From: an uncultured Thermoplasmatales archaeon | GTDB lineage: Archaea > Thermoplasmatota > SW-10-69-26 | Length of the DNA: 64,000 nt | Reading direction: 5' to 3' | Assembly (NCBI GenBank): GCA_964396185.1 | Contig: CAYNEI010000013.1 | Coordinates: 1,528-65,527 of the forward strand | Shown: positions 17,785 through 27,728 of the stretch, piece after piece | Numbering within the stretch: position 1 is the stretch's first letter | How the letters are laid out: every line of letters begins with the position of its first letter | Program-made: the position numbers and the translations under genes | Notes under the pieces: model-generated | Databases searched by the model: none | Seen by the model: the letters and a program-made list of their open reading frames with translations, nothing else | Told to the model about the DNA's origin: nothing

Positions 17785-19005
17785 ATGGGCATGTTCGACC
17801 GGCTCCGCGATCGCCTCAAGGAGGTCGAGCAGGAAGCCGAGGACGCCGCGGTGTCCATGGAGGACCTCCGCAAGAGCGACGACGAACTCCTCGCCGAGCT
17901 CGACGCCGAGCTGGGCGAGCTGGACGAGGAACAGGACACCGCGCCTGGTGGCGCTGTAGACGACGACGAGCCGGATGCGAGCGAGCAGCAGGCCGACGCA
18001 GGAACCGAGGCGCCGGAAGCTGCACCAGAGCCCAAGGCCGAGAGCGCCCCCGCCGCCCAAGAGACCCCTGCATCCGAACATTCCAAGCCCTCCCCGAGCG
18101 CCGGCCAAACCAGCGCTCCCGAGGCCAAAGCCCCCACGAAGAAAGCCAAGGGACGCTTCGCCATCGATCCAGAGCGCGTCGAGGATCTGCTCTGGGATCT
18201 CGAGCTCGTGCTGCTCGAATCCGATGTCGCCGTGGACGTCGCCCATGCCCTTCGCGACGAGATGGAGCAGCGTCTCCCCAAGATCCGGGTGGACCAGAAG
18301 AGCGAGGTCCCGGACGCCATCGAAGCCGCTCTGCGCGATGCCATCGTGCAGATGCTCGAGGGCAGCCGGTTCGACTTCGACGAGTGGGTGCTCACCAACA
18401 GCGGCGACAAGCCCCTGGTCGTCATGTTCGTAGGCGTCAACGGCACGGGCAAGACCACCACCATCGCCAGGGTCGCCCACCGCATGAAGGAGCTCGGCTT
18501 CGGCGTCGCGCTGGCCGCCGGCGACACCTTCCGCGCGGGTGCGATCGAGCAGCTCCAGAAGCACGGCGACAACCTGGGCGTGCGCGTGATCAAGCACACC
18601 GCCGGCAGCGACCCGGCAGCGGTGGCCTACGACGCCATCGAGCACGCCAAGGCCCGCAAGAAGAGCCTCGTGCTCGTGGACACGGCCGGCCGCATGCAAA
18701 CCAACTCCAACCTCATGGACGAGGTCAAGAAGATCGACCGGGTCGCCAACCCCGACCTGACCATCTTCGTGGGCGACTCCCTGGCCGGCAACGACGCCAT
18801 CGACCAAGCCCAGAAGTTCGACGAGGCCGTCGGCCTGGACGCCTGCGTGCTTACCAAGGTCGACACGGACGCCAAGGGGGGAGCCGCGCTCAGCATCGCG
18901 CGCGCCGTGGGCAAGCCCGTGGCCTACCTAGGCGTCGGGCAGGACTACGACGACCTGATCCCCTTCGACCCGAACTGGCTCGTCCAGCGCATCTTCGGGG
19001 ACTGA
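17785..19005 (+). CDS. ftsY: SRP receptor FtsY with acidic N-terminal region
   Basis: GVNGTGKTTT, DTFRAGAIEQL, DTAGR, TKVDTDAKGG, GVGQDYDDL. Confidence 0.97.
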   Translation: MGMFDRLRDRLKEVEQEAEDAAVSMEDLRKSDDELLAELDAELGELDEEQDTAPGGAVDDDEPDASEQQADAGTEAPEAAPEPKAESAPAAQETPASEHSKPSPSAGQTSAPEAKAPTKKAKGRFAIDPERVEDLLWDLELVLLESDVAVDVAHALRDEMEQRLPKIRVDQKSEVPDAIEAALRDAIVQMLEGSRFDFDEWVLTNSGDKPLVVMFVGVNGTGKTTTIARVAHRMKELGFGVALAAGDTFRAGAIEQLQKHGDNLGVRVIKHTAGSDPAAVAYDAIEHAKARKKSLVLVDTAGRMQTNSNLMDEVKKIDRVANPDLTIFVGDSLAGNDAIDQAQKFDEAVGLDACVLTKVDTDAKGGAALSIARAVGKPVAYLGVGQDYDDLIPFDPNWLVQRIFGD

Positions 19006-19074
19006 GCTGCACTCAAGGAGCTCCGGGCCTTCAGCCGCGATCAACGACGACGGGGGGTGATGGGCGAGAAAGTC

Positions 19075-19100
19075 ATGTATACATTCATACTTTCGTATAC
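19075..19100 (+). promoter_or_regulatory. Candidate vapBC operator (palindromes)
   Basis: atgtatacat palindrome at 19075-19084 and gtatac at 19095-19100 in an AT-rich stretch upstream of the RHH gene. Confidence 0.4.
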
Positions 19101-19143
19101 CTATTGAAAACAGCTAAATAAGAGCGTAAACAACGGTGGAAGC

Positions 19144-19392
19144 GTGTCCGATGTCGTGAGCTTCCGGCCGACGAGCGAAGACCTCGAACTCATCGAGGCG
19201 ACCCGGGTGCGCATGGGATTCGACTCTCGGGCCGAGGCGATCCGGTTCCTCTTGCGCGAGGCAGCACAGGCCGGGCGGTCCATGCGCGATGAGCCAGTGT
19301 TCCGGTTCCGCGTCCCTGAGGAACACCGAGGCGGCTCGGATGTCACGAGCCGTGGGATCGACCGCGCGCTTTACGGCTCCCGGGAGGCGTGA
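19144..19392 (+). CDS. Ribbon-helix-helix (CopG-like) antitoxin, VapB
   Basis: VVSFR beta-strand, SRAEAIRFLL helix; overlaps PIN gene. Confidence 0.8.
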   Translation: MSDVVSFRPTSEDLELIEATRVRMGFDSRAEAIRFLLREAAQAGRSMRDEPVFRFRVPEEHRGGSDVTSRGIDRALYGSREA

Positions 19393-19784
19393 TGCGGGCG
19401 ATCGCCTGGGATACCTGGGCTTTCGTCGAGGTGGCTCTGGCGCTGCCCCGGGGGAGCGAGGTTCAGGAACTCCTTGAGGAGGATCCAGTCGTGGTCACGA
19501 GCCGGGACGTGGTCGTCGAGACGTTCAACTTCCTGGTCGGTCGAACTGGGGGCGCGGACGTGGCTCTGGCGTGGTGGCAGGACCTGAGATCCAGCCGGGT
19601 ACGTGTGATCGACGCGCGCCTTGAGGATCTCCATAGGTTCGCTGCCGAGCACGGGGTTGGGACGTCGCTGAGCTTGGTTGATCTCTCGCTGGCCTTCGCG
19701 GCCTCAGAGGCTGGCGCCTCTGAGGTCGCTACGGAGGATGCTGCCTTCCGGCGCCTCGGTCTCGACCCGCTGTTCGCTCGGTGA
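19389..19784 (+). CDS. vapC: PIN-domain toxin VapC
   Basis: WDT..F, T..VVVE, SLVD, ATED acidic motifs. Confidence 0.8.
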   Translation: MMRAIAWDTWAFVEVALALPRGSEVQELLEEDPVVVTSRDVVVETFNFLVGRTGGADVALAWWQDLRSSRVRVIDARLEDLHRFAAEHGVGTSLSLVDLSLAFAASEAGASEVATEDAAFRRLGLDPLFAR

Positions 19785-19851
19785 TCCGGGCGCGCGCAAG
19801 CACATGTTCGGCCCCCGCGAGGCTGAAAACGCCTCGGATCCTGGCAACCAC

Positions 19852-20115
19852 ATGGCCCCCCAGATCGAGAAGGTCGAGACGGAAGACGAGTACATCCACG
19901 TACGCTTCCGGGACGCAAGCAACTACGATAAGATCCGCACGCCAGACTGGGCGCAGGATGTGGCCGAGAGCGTCTCTGAAGGCGCCGAGGTGCGAACAGG
20001 GAAGAAGAAGGGAAGCGACGACTGGGAGGTGCAAGCCGTGCTCATCAAGAAGAGCGTGGGCGAAGCGAAGGCCCAGGAGCAGGCCAGGAAGATCGTCGAG
20101 AAGATCGAATCCTGA
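19852..20115 (+). CDS. Small hypothetical protein resembling a haloarchaeal family
   Basis: IHVRFRD...IRTPDWA...SVSEGAEVR.G...DDW.VQAVL (family resemblance from memory). Confidence 0.7.
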   Translation: MAPQIEKVETEDEYIHVRFRDASNYDKIRTPDWAQDVAESVSEGAEVRTGKKKGSDDWEVQAVLIKKSVGEAKAQEQARKIVEKIES

Positions 20116-20162
20116 CTAGGAGGCGAACCATTGAAAGACCCCCTCTCGTTCCCAGCTACACC

Positions 20163-20666
20163 ATGACCGAGCTCCCGCTCAAAGGCCGGCATCCCATCAG
20201 CCCCAAGGAGACCACCCACGTCAACGACGCGATCGAGCAGGCGCTCGGGGTGCGCCCGCTTCTCGAGGAGAGCCTCGTGGAGAAGGCGAGAGCTGGTCCC
20301 TACGAGCTCCTGCTCAGCGATGGCAAGGCCTTCGTCGTCCTCGAGGGCCCAGAGCGCTCCGAGCCCACACCGACGCTTCGCGCATTGATCACGCACCGCC
20401 CCGAGCGCGGCTACGTCACCGTGGACATGGGGGCCGTCCCGTTCCTTCGCAACGGTGCCGATGTCATGAGCCCAGGCATCACCGAAGCCGACCCCGCCAT
20501 CGCCGAGGGCGATCTCGTGTGGGTGCGCGACGAGGAGCACGGGGTACCGCTCGGCATCGGGACCGCCCTGGTGGACGGAGAGGAGATGGTGTCAGCAGAC
20601 AAGGGCAAGGCCATCGCCATCTGGCACCACGTCGGCGACGAGCTCTGGAGCATCGGTGAGACCTGA
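20163..20666 (+). CDS. PUA-domain RNA-binding protein (MCT-1/Tma20-like)
   Basis: PTLRAL, VTVDMGAVPFLRNGADVMSPGI, KGKAI...HHVGDELW. Confidence 0.9.
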   Translation: MTELPLKGRHPISPKETTHVNDAIEQALGVRPLLEESLVEKARAGPYELLLSDGKAFVVLEGPERSEPTPTLRALITHRPERGYVTVDMGAVPFLRNGADVMSPGITEADPAIAEGDLVWVRDEEHGVPLGIGTALVDGEEMVSADKGKAIAIWHHVGDELWSIGET

Positions 20667-21017
20667 GGCCTCCCCCGGCTCGTCCGAGACGAAGGCGCTG
20701 AGTTCCGCCCAGATCCGCTCGACCTTGGACCACGCCCCTTGCGAGAACGCTGAGCGTACCTCGCCGTGGCTGCGCCGGGATGGCGCCGGCCAGTGCACCT
20801 CTCCTACGATGAACCGTTTCTCGCCAGCCACGCACACGCGCGCATCGCGCGCCCGCTCACCGATCTCCCAAGGGACGGGGAGCGAGCCGGTCAACCAAGG
20901 GTCCAAGAGCGCGTGCATGGCCTCAGACGCGTTGTGCGCCTCCACCGTGTTGACCCGGGCGTGATCCGGGGCATCGGATCGGTAGAGGTAGAAGGTCCGC
21001 TTGCCGGTCATGCCCAT
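20592..21017 (-). CDS. Hypothetical protein, paralog of 21157-21588
   Basis: Shares FY..SDAPD, VGEV.WP.P..R..GEVR..F and W..L motifs with neighbour. Confidence 0.65.
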   Translation of the reverse strand: MGMTGKRTFYLYRSDAPDHARVNTVEAHNASEAMHALLDPWLTGSLPVPWEIGERARDARVCVAGEKRFIVGEVHWPAPSRRSHGEVRSAFSQGAWSKVERIWAELSAFVSDEPGEASGLTDAPELVADVVPDGDGLALVC

Positions 21018-21156
21018 CGTGCCGGCGTTCACGTAGCCGTGGTGGTCAACGCTCGTGGCTCCCGCAGGTCCCATCCCGCTTGCTTCCATGGCGCCGGCAG
21101 AGGGGCCCGTCTCCTTCCCGCCATCGCCGAACCGTTCGACCCAACATCGGTCGAGC

Positions 21157-21588
21157 TTAAGCTTTGACCGTGGCGAGCTGGGCCCAGGCCGCCTCGAAGC
21201 CCGCCCATTCCACAGCATCGAACATGGCGCGCACCTCGCCATAGGTGCGCTCGACGGGCTCGGGCCAGTCCACCTCACCCACGAGCAGGCAGCGGCCGTC
21301 TCGGGTGCGGCAGACGCGCATCTCGGGGGCGTGCGGCAACACTGGCCCCGCATCATCCCACGGCGGGAAGGGGAGCGAGGACTGGAGCCTGGGAAGCAGC
21401 GCCTCCTCGCTGGCCGCCTCAGCATCGAAGGCTTCGATGGTCTCGATCCACGCTTCGTCCGGGGCATCTGCATCCAGGACGTAGAAGGCGCGCGCCTGGC
21501 GGCCTTCCACGAGCTCCCGGGGCCGAACGTAGACGCGGTCGCGCGTTCCGGCAGGTCCAGGGAACAGCGGGCGTCGTCGGGTCTCCAT
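21157..21588 (-). CDS. Hypothetical protein, paralog of 20592-21017
   Basis: FYVLDADAPD, VGEVDWPEPVERTYGEVR. Confidence 0.65.
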   Translation of the reverse strand: METRRRPLFPGPAGTRDRVYVRPRELVEGRQARAFYVLDADAPDEAWIETIEAFDAEAASEEALLPRLQSSLPFPPWDDAGPVLPHAPEMRVCRTRDGRCLLVGEVDWPEPVERTYGEVRAMFDAVEWAGFEAAWAQLATVKA

Positions 21589-21653
21589 GGTTCTGGATGG
21601 TCGCGCAGCCCCATCGAACCCTCGACGAACCGTTCGATTTCCCTTGGAACGTA

Positions 21654-22640
21654 TCAGTCTCGCCGGTCCCGGATCTGGGCATCCAGCGCGCGGGCCACCT
21701 CGGCCGGGTCCCCCACCAGCGCCCAGTCGGCCCGCTTGGTCATGGGGGCCTCAGCGTCCCGATGCACACTGACCACCCACTCAGCGCCCTGGATGGCCAG
21801 GGTGTGCTCGAAGGTGCCGAACACGCCGAAGCCGAGGTAGAGGCGGGGTTTGATGTAGGTCCCTTCGGCGTCGACCAAGCGGTCCTGGTCTGCCCGGCCA
21901 CCATGGACCGCACCGCGCGTGGCACCAAGGCTGCCACCGAGGGTCTCAGCCAGGGCCTCGAGCGCCTCCCAGTGCTCTGCGTGCATACCGCGCCCACCGA
22001 TGACCACGACCTCGGCCTGGTCCAGCGAGGGGGGCTGTCCTTCGGTGGTACCGGTCACCTCGGGCGCCTCCCCGAGCTCGAAGGGGATCGTGTCCACCGA
22101 GCCGAAGCGCATCTCGTCCGGGAAGCCCTCGCGGGCCGCCCCCGGACGCAGCGTGGCGATCTGGGGCCGCGCCTTCGGGATGACGACGGTCTCCTCGAGC
22201 TGGCCACCGTAGACGGGTCGCTTGGCCAAAAGGCGGCGCTCGCTGTAGTCGATGCGAAGATCGACGCACTCGTTGGCCGCACCTGTGTCGAGCCGGGCGC
22301 CGAGCATGGGGGCTAGGTCTCGGCCCATGTCGGTGGCAGAGAGGAGCACGATCTCGGGCTGCTTGTCCTGGACCAGGCGCATGAGGGGCTGGACCATGGG
22401 CCCTGCCTGGAACCCGTCGTGATCCCCTTGGGCGATGAGGACCTGGTCGGCGCCGTGATGTACGGCGGTCTCCGCCATCTCCTCGTCGTCGGTGCCCACG
22501 AGCAGGCAGGTGAGTCGTCCGCCGAGCTGGTCGGCCAGTTCGCGCGCCTTGGCCAAGAGCTCCAGCGTGCAGCGCCGGATCCGCCCGTCTGCGTTGAGCT
22601 CGCCCACGACGAGGATGCCGCGCCACTCGTCGTCGGTCAT
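21654..22640 (-). CDS. etfA: Electron transfer flavoprotein alpha subunit
   Basis: GRDLAP.LGARL.TG..N.C, RPVYGG, AEVVVIGGRG, GATR.AV, IKPRLY. Confidence 0.92.
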   Translation of the reverse strand: MTDDEWRGILVVGELNADGRIRRCTLELLAKARELADQLGGRLTCLLVGTDDEEMAETAVHHGADQVLIAQGDHDGFQAGPMVQPLMRLVQDKQPEIVLLSATDMGRDLAPMLGARLDTGAANECVDLRIDYSERRLLAKRPVYGGQLEETVVIPKARPQIATLRPGAAREGFPDEMRFGSVDTIPFELGEAPEVTGTTEGQPPSLDQAEVVVIGGRGMHAEHWEALEALAETLGGSLGATRGAVHGGRADQDRLVDAEGTYIKPRLYLGFGVFGTFEHTLAIQGAEWVVSVHRDAEAPMTKRADWALVGDPAEVARALDAQIRDRRD

Positions 22641-23437
22641 CGCAGAAGCCCCCTGGAGGCCATGCGGCGCACCAGGCTGGTGGCCACGTCCTCGCTCTCG
22701 CCTTCGAAGACCTCGGTGTCACGCTCCTTCTCGGCCACGGGCTCCACACCCTGGACCGTGGTGACCGCGGCCGAGGGTCCCACCTCGTGCTTGGAGAGGG
22801 ACAGATCGTCCAACGTCCAGGTCTCCACGCTCCCGCTGGTGAAGGCTGCGTGCACGCCCCAGCTGGTGGCATGCCGCGCCCGCGGGGCGGCGTTGCCAAC
22901 GCTGATCAGGCATGGGGTGGGCACCTCGAGCTGGGCGATCCGGCCATCGGTGAGGACCTTCTCGAAGGAGAGAGTGCCCCCGTCGAGATCCACCCTGCGG
23001 CCGTGGGTCGCGATGCTCCAGCCGAGCAGGGCGGCCATGGCTGGACCTACGTGCCCTGCGTAGCGGTCCGTCGTGCGGGCGCCGGTGATGACGATATCGA
23101 TGTCGGCGAGCTTCTCTACGGTGGCGGCCAGCGCTTTGGCCACGCCCAGGCTGTCGCTGTCGGTGATGAGCGGGTCGTTGAGCAGGATGGCGCGGTCAGC
23201 CCCCATGCCCAGGGCCTCACGAAGGGTCGAGGAGGCCGCCTCGGGGCCCAGGGAGAGGGCGAGGACCTCGCTGCCGGGGTCTTGTTGTTTGATCCGGAGG
23301 GCGGTCTCCAGGGCCTTCTTGCCCAGGGGGTTCATCACGCCTTCCTCCAGGTTGAACACGGGCTTGCCCGTGCGCTTGGAGACGGCGACCTTGCCCTTCT
23401 CGGGCACGTGTTTGACCGGGACCACGATCCTTACCAT
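22637..23437 (-). CDS. etfB: Electron transfer flavoprotein beta subunit
   Basis: VPVKHVP, MNP..KALE.AL, REALGMGADRAILL. Confidence 0.93.
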   Translation of the reverse strand: MVRIVVPVKHVPEKGKVAVSKRTGKPVFNLEEGVMNPLGKKALETALRIKQQDPGSEVLALSLGPEAASSTLREALGMGADRAILLNDPLITDSDSLGVAKALAATVEKLADIDIVITGARTTDRYAGHVGPAMAALLGWSIATHGRRVDLDGGTLSFEKVLTDGRIAQLEVPTPCLISVGNAAPRARHATSWGVHAAFTSGSVETWTLDDLSLSKHEVGPSAAVTTVQGVEPVAEKERDTEVFEGESEDVATSLVRRMASRGLLR

Positions 23438-24645
23438 TCGAAGTACCCCCTCTGCACGAGCTCGCGGCCGATGACGAGGCGCTGGATCTCGTTGGTGCCC
23501 TCGAAGATCTCCGCGATGGGTGCATCCCGCAGGCCCTTCTCGAGCCGGAAGCCCTCGGCCAGCCCGCGCGCGCCCATGATGTCGCAGGCCATGTCCGTGA
23601 CCTTGGCCGCGGTCTCGCTGGCAGCGATCTTCACCTGGGCCGAGCGCCTGCTCACCTTCTCACGGAAGGGCTTGGGCACGCGCTCGCCAGCCGCGACCCG
23701 CTCGTAGTACTCCTCGACGTACTCGAGGCAGTGGTAGGTGGCGTAGCGCACCATGGTGATGTCCGTGCTCATCTCAGCCAGCTTGAACTGGACGTCCTGG
23801 TGGTGGGCGATGGGTTGGCCGAACTGCTCGCGGGCCTTGGCGTACGTGAGCGCCATCTCCAAGCCCTCCAAGGCTCCACCCAGAGAGCCGGCGGCCAGGG
23901 TGGCACGCCCGCCGTCCAGGGCGGTCAGCGCCACCAGGAAGCCCTCGCCGACGTTGCCCAAGACGTTCTCGGCCGGGACCCGGAACTCGTCGAACTCGAT
24001 CTGGGCGGTCGTGGAGCGCCGGATCCCCATCTTGTCCTCCTTGCTGGAGACCCGGAACCCCTCGCCATCGGTCTCGACGATGAACGCGGTCACACCACCT
24101 CGGGCGCCCAGCGCTGGGTCTGTGACTGCGCTGACCATGATGATGTCGGCCACATCACCGTTGGAGACGTAGATCTTCGTGCCGTCGAGCACGTACTCGT
24201 CCCCGTCGCGCTGTGCCTGGGTCTTGATGTTGGCCGCATCCGAGCCAGCCTGGGATTCGGTGAGCGCGAAGGCGCCCAGCGCCTCGCCCCGGCACAGCGG
24301 TGGCAGGTACTCCTCCCGCTGCTCCTCGGTGCCGAACAGGTAGATGGGTGCTACGCAGATGCCGGTGTGGGCACCGCAGATCGTGGCCAACCCAGTGTCG
24401 ACCCGGGAGAGCTCCTCAAGCAGGATCCCGTAGCCCACCTCGCCGAGGCCCGCGCCGCCGTACTCTGGCGGGATGGGCACGCCGAAGAGGCCCTGCTCCT
24501 GCATCTTGCGCACGGGGTCCCACGGGAACTCCTCGGTCTCGTAGAAGGAAGGCTCGATGAGCGGCCGGATCTCGGCGTCCAGGAACTCCCTCAACGTTCG
24601 GCGGAAGAGCTCCTGCTCCGGTGTGAACTCGAACTCGAGGGCCAT
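23431..24645 (-). CDS. Acyl-CoA dehydrogenase
   Basis: FALTESQAGSDA, GTKIYVSNG, KMGIR.S.T, REQFGQPI, IFEGTNEIQR. Confidence 0.96.
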   Translation of the reverse strand: MALEFEFTPEQELFRRTLREFLDAEIRPLIEPSFYETEEFPWDPVRKMQEQGLFGVPIPPEYGGAGLGEVGYGILLEELSRVDTGLATICGAHTGICVAPIYLFGTEEQREEYLPPLCRGEALGAFALTESQAGSDAANIKTQAQRDGDEYVLDGTKIYVSNGDVADIIMVSAVTDPALGARGGVTAFIVETDGEGFRVSSKEDKMGIRRSTTAQIEFDEFRVPAENVLGNVGEGFLVALTALDGGRATLAAGSLGGALEGLEMALTYAKAREQFGQPIAHHQDVQFKLAEMSTDITMVRYATYHCLEYVEEYYERVAAGERVPKPFREKVSRRSAQVKIAASETAAKVTDMACDIMGARGLAEGFRLEKGLRDAPIAEIFEGTNEIQRLVIGRELVQRGYFEW

Positions 24646-24765
24646 GGGCTCGGCCGGGAAGCGCAAGCACCGGTAATAAACGGTTGCTCTTATCGACTAC
24701 CGAGCGGAGGAGAAAAGGCTCCCGCGGGCAGGGCAGCGGATGCGGGGAGACGCCTGCTTACGGCG

Positions 24766-25161
24766 TCACTCGCTTTCGGTCTCGAAGCCGCACGCAATCC
24801 AGTCCTTGTAGCCGCCAGCCATGTTGCGCACATCCTGGAAGCCCATCCTGCGCATGGTATCGGCCGCCAGGAGCGAACGCCCTCCGCTGGCGCAGTGGAC
24901 GACGATGGAGGCCTCGCGCTTGTCCACCAGGTCTTGCCGGGCCACTGGGCTCTGGGGGTCGATGAAGAACTCGAGCAACCCCCGGGGCGCGTGGACTGCG
25001 CCCGGGATGCGCCCCTCAGCCCACTCGTTGGGCTCACGCACGTCGAGCACGAGGTCGATCTCGCCTGCCTCGATGCCTTCCTTGGCCGCTTTCGCTGTGA
25101 TCTCCGGAACGCGCTCGCGGGCTTCGGCCATCATGTCTGCGACGGTGGTCTGGTCGGTCAT
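24766..25161 (-). CDS. Rhodanese-like sulfurtransferase
   Basis: LDVREPNEW..GRIPGA.H.PRG.LE, HCASGGRS, MAGG...W. Confidence 0.9.
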   Translation of the reverse strand: MTDQTTVADMMAEARERVPEITAKAAKEGIEAGEIDLVLDVREPNEWAEGRIPGAVHAPRGLLEFFIDPQSPVARQDLVDKREASIVVHCASGGRSLLAADTMRRMGFQDVRNMAGGYKDWIACGFETESE

Positions 25162-25286
25162 GATTCGGACTCTCCGGCCCGGTGATGGGCTTCTCAAGCT
25201 TGAAGCTGATGGCCCAGAACGTGCACACGAGCGGGAGAAGACGACCGCGGACCCCGGGAGCGCCCGGGGCCGCGAGTCGTCAGTGT

Positions 25287-25634
25287 TCAGAAGTCGCGAC
25301 GAGGCGGCTTGTGCTTGGAGAAGCAGTCCCGGCAATAGACGGGTTTGTCCCCGGTGGGCTTGAAGGGGACCTGGGCATCGGCACCACAATCATCGCACGT
25401 GATGTCATGCATCTCCCGGTTCCCGCCGCGTCCACCTCCGCCGCGTCCGCCACCACCACGGCCACCGCCGCGGCCGCTGCTTGAGCCGCGCTGCTTCTGG
25501 AAGCAGTCGTTGCAGTAGACAGGTCGTCCTTCGCTCGGTTTGAAGGGGACCTCGGTGTCGGTCCCACAGTCGCTGCACGTCGCTGGGTGCATCTCGCGGG
25601 GGCCACTCTGGCCACCGCCTCTTCCTTGGTTCAC
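25287..25634 (-). CDS. CxxC-x17-CxxC domain protein (two repeats, RGG linker)
   Basis: REMH..TC.DCG...EVPFKP...RPVYC.DCF twice, separated by GRGG repeats. Confidence 0.9.
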   Translation of the reverse strand: MNQGRGGGQSGPREMHPATCSDCGTDTEVPFKPSEGRPVYCNDCFQKQRGSSSGRGGGRGGGGRGGGGRGGNREMHDITCDDCGADAQVPFKPTGDKPVYCRDCFSKHKPPRRDF

Positions 25635-25852
25635 GATATCGCTTCCTGCCGGGAGGGGATCGCATCCAAGGATCGAAGATCCACCGGAACGACACCGTCT
25701 CGACGGGGTCAAGGAGATCCAGGGAGTATATCTAGTATTGCCTTGGGGGGTGTGCAGATGGGAGCTCTCAGCAGCTTGCGGCCGCGTCATCGCGGTCGGC
25801 GGCAAGGGGCGGCCGGTGGCTGGGGCCTGCGCAGAGTGCTCGCCTTGGGCGA

Positions 25853-26002
25853 TCACTTGCTCCGGGCTGGCGGCGTCTCCCGTGGCGGCCTCGGCGAGAC
25901 AGGTGCTTCGTTGACGCCCCCCTTCCGGAGATTCGTGCGCTGCTTCTTACGGCCTCGCTTCTGTCCGGCTTCCGTTGTGTCTTCCCCGGTAGGCATCATC
26001 AT
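25853..26002 (-). CDS. Possible 49-aa basic peptide
   Basis: GGAGG RBS and tttaag box upstream; MMMPTGEDTTEAGQKRGRKKQRTNLRKG...; below ORF-track cutoff. Confidence 0.35.
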   Translation of the reverse strand: MMMPTGEDTTEAGQKRGRKKQRTNLRKGGVNEAPVSPRPPRETPPARSK

Positions 26003-26144
26003 CTATCCCTCCCTCCGGGGCCTTAAATGTTCTCCATCGATCACGGCTTCCTCGATCCCGATCGTAAGGTCCTCCGGTGATCTTCGGAGGTACAGGCCAG
26101 GAACCTGGTAGAGTTGGTTCCAGCGATGGCTAGACACGCCGGCC

Positions 26145-27080
26145 TCAGTGGTCGTAGACTTCGTCCAACGACACACTCGGGCGAGGGCCCCAGTCGATGG
26201 TCACATCGAAACCGGTGTAGTGGACCGCAGCGGTGTGGCCGCGCGCACCTGGCAGGGGATCGTGGTGGTGGGTGCCGGTGTGCTCGAAGTAGCCTTGGCC
26301 GCGGGCGACGAGGTGCTCGCCGGGTGTCGTGGTCAGGTCGAGCGCGATGGGCGGGCGGGTGTCGTTGCCTGCGTGGCCTTGGGCCCACAGGCGGGTGAGA
26401 TCGGCAGGCCGGTCACCCAGGGGCTGAACGGGATAGGTCGAGCGGTAGGCCCCGTTCCCGTCGGTGGCCATCCGGATGTCCACCAGGTCCTGCTCGACCA
26501 CCAGTTCAGCCGACATGCCCATGGCCGGGATGCCGACGGCCTGCAGGCGCTCGAGCAGCTCCTCTTCGTTCGTGGCGAGAACCGTGACGAGGTACTCGTC
26601 GTCAGCGCGCGTGGTCGCGAAGCTGGGTGTCTCGACCTTGGGGCCGACGAAGCCGAGCATCAGCTCGCTTCGCTCCTCTCCGTCCAGGGTCCACTGCTCG
26701 CAGGTGAGCGTTGCATGGTAGTGGCCCCAGGTCTCCCCCTCCTCCGGGACGGGGTGCATGGGATCCGGGATCTCGCTGTACGTCACCTGTGGCCCCGTGT
26801 CCTCGAGCACGTCGGCCACCTGCCAGGGCTCTGGCACGACGTCAGCCAGCTCGAAGAGGCCTGCCACCTCGCGTGGGTGGACGCTATGACCACCGCCCTG
26901 GGTGCAGGTGGTGCCAGTGAGGGAGAGGGATGGTGGGATGCTGGATGGATCGGTGGCCGGGCCGCTGGCTGCATCGACTGGCTGGATGGCTTCCTCGTCT
27001 CCGGGCTCGTCGGTGGCCAGGCAGCCGGCCAGCGCGGGAGCGGTGAGCAGGAGGAGGGCTAGGCCGGCGGTGGCTCGCAT
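26145..27080 (-). CDS. Secreted lipoprotein, unknown function
   Basis: MRATAGLALLLLTAPALAGCL lipobox-like signal. Confidence 0.75.
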   Translation of the reverse strand: MRATAGLALLLLTAPALAGCLATDEPGDEEAIQPVDAASGPATDPSSIPPSLSLTGTTCTQGGGHSVHPREVAGLFELADVVPEPWQVADVLEDTGPQVTYSEIPDPMHPVPEEGETWGHYHATLTCEQWTLDGEERSELMLGFVGPKVETPSFATTRADDEYLVTVLATNEEELLERLQAVGIPAMGMSAELVVEQDLVDIRMATDGNGAYRSTYPVQPLGDRPADLTRLWAQGHAGNDTRPPIALDLTTTPGEHLVARGQGYFEHTGTHHHDPLPGARGHTAAVHYTGFDVTIDWGPRPSVSLDEVYDH

Positions 27081-27239
27081 CGACGGATGAGTGGATCGCC
27101 CTCTTAAGCAGGTTGTGGCGGGGGTGTTGAAGGGATCGACAGGCGGTCTAGACGATCGCGCCTGTCGAGGAGGAGACGCATGGGCCGGGGCCGGGCTCCC
27201 TACCGGGTCGAGCTCAGCCCATCCCATCCATAGACGAAT

Positions 27240-27644
27240 TTAGAGCGCATCCAAGCCGGCTTGGTAGATGCCCTCGATGAGTTCTACGGCCTCAGCATCG
27301 CTGATCCCTGCAGGCTCGAAGGTCCCCTCCCACTCCACCACGCTGCCATCACCGTCGGCGCGGACCTGGAACGTCGCGCGGTAGTCCTTCACAGGGAGAG
27401 GTGACTCCTCGAAACGGTACGAGTAGGAACGTTCGTTCCGCTCCAGAAGCTTCTCGACGATGACGGCGCCGTCGCCCAGGGTCAGCGTCCTGACCGAACC
27501 GTCCTCGGATACATCCGTGGACTTGACCGCGGGATGCCACTCGTGGATCGACCCCCAGCCGCCTACGCGACCCCAAAGGTCGTCGGCTGACCGTTCGAAC
27601 TTCCTTGAACGCTTCGCTTGACTCAACTGTATCACTTCATCCAT
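27240..27644 (-). CDS. SRPBCC / polyketide cyclase-like protein
   Basis: LW..VGGW..IHEWHPAV, VRTLTLGDG..IVEKL, SPLPVKDY.ATF.V. Confidence 0.85.
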   Translation of the reverse strand: MDEVIQLSQAKRSRKFERSADDLWGRVGGWGSIHEWHPAVKSTDVSEDGSVRTLTLGDGAVIVEKLLERNERSYSYRFEESPLPVKDYRATFQVRADGDGSVVEWEGTFEPAGISDAEAVELIEGIYQAGLDAL

Positions 27645-27728
27645 GGGGAGCGGCTTGCCATCCCGGTCGCCCACCGTGAGATAGGTCGGACGAGTATATC
27701 TCGCTGACTGGTCATCGAACTTCGTTCG

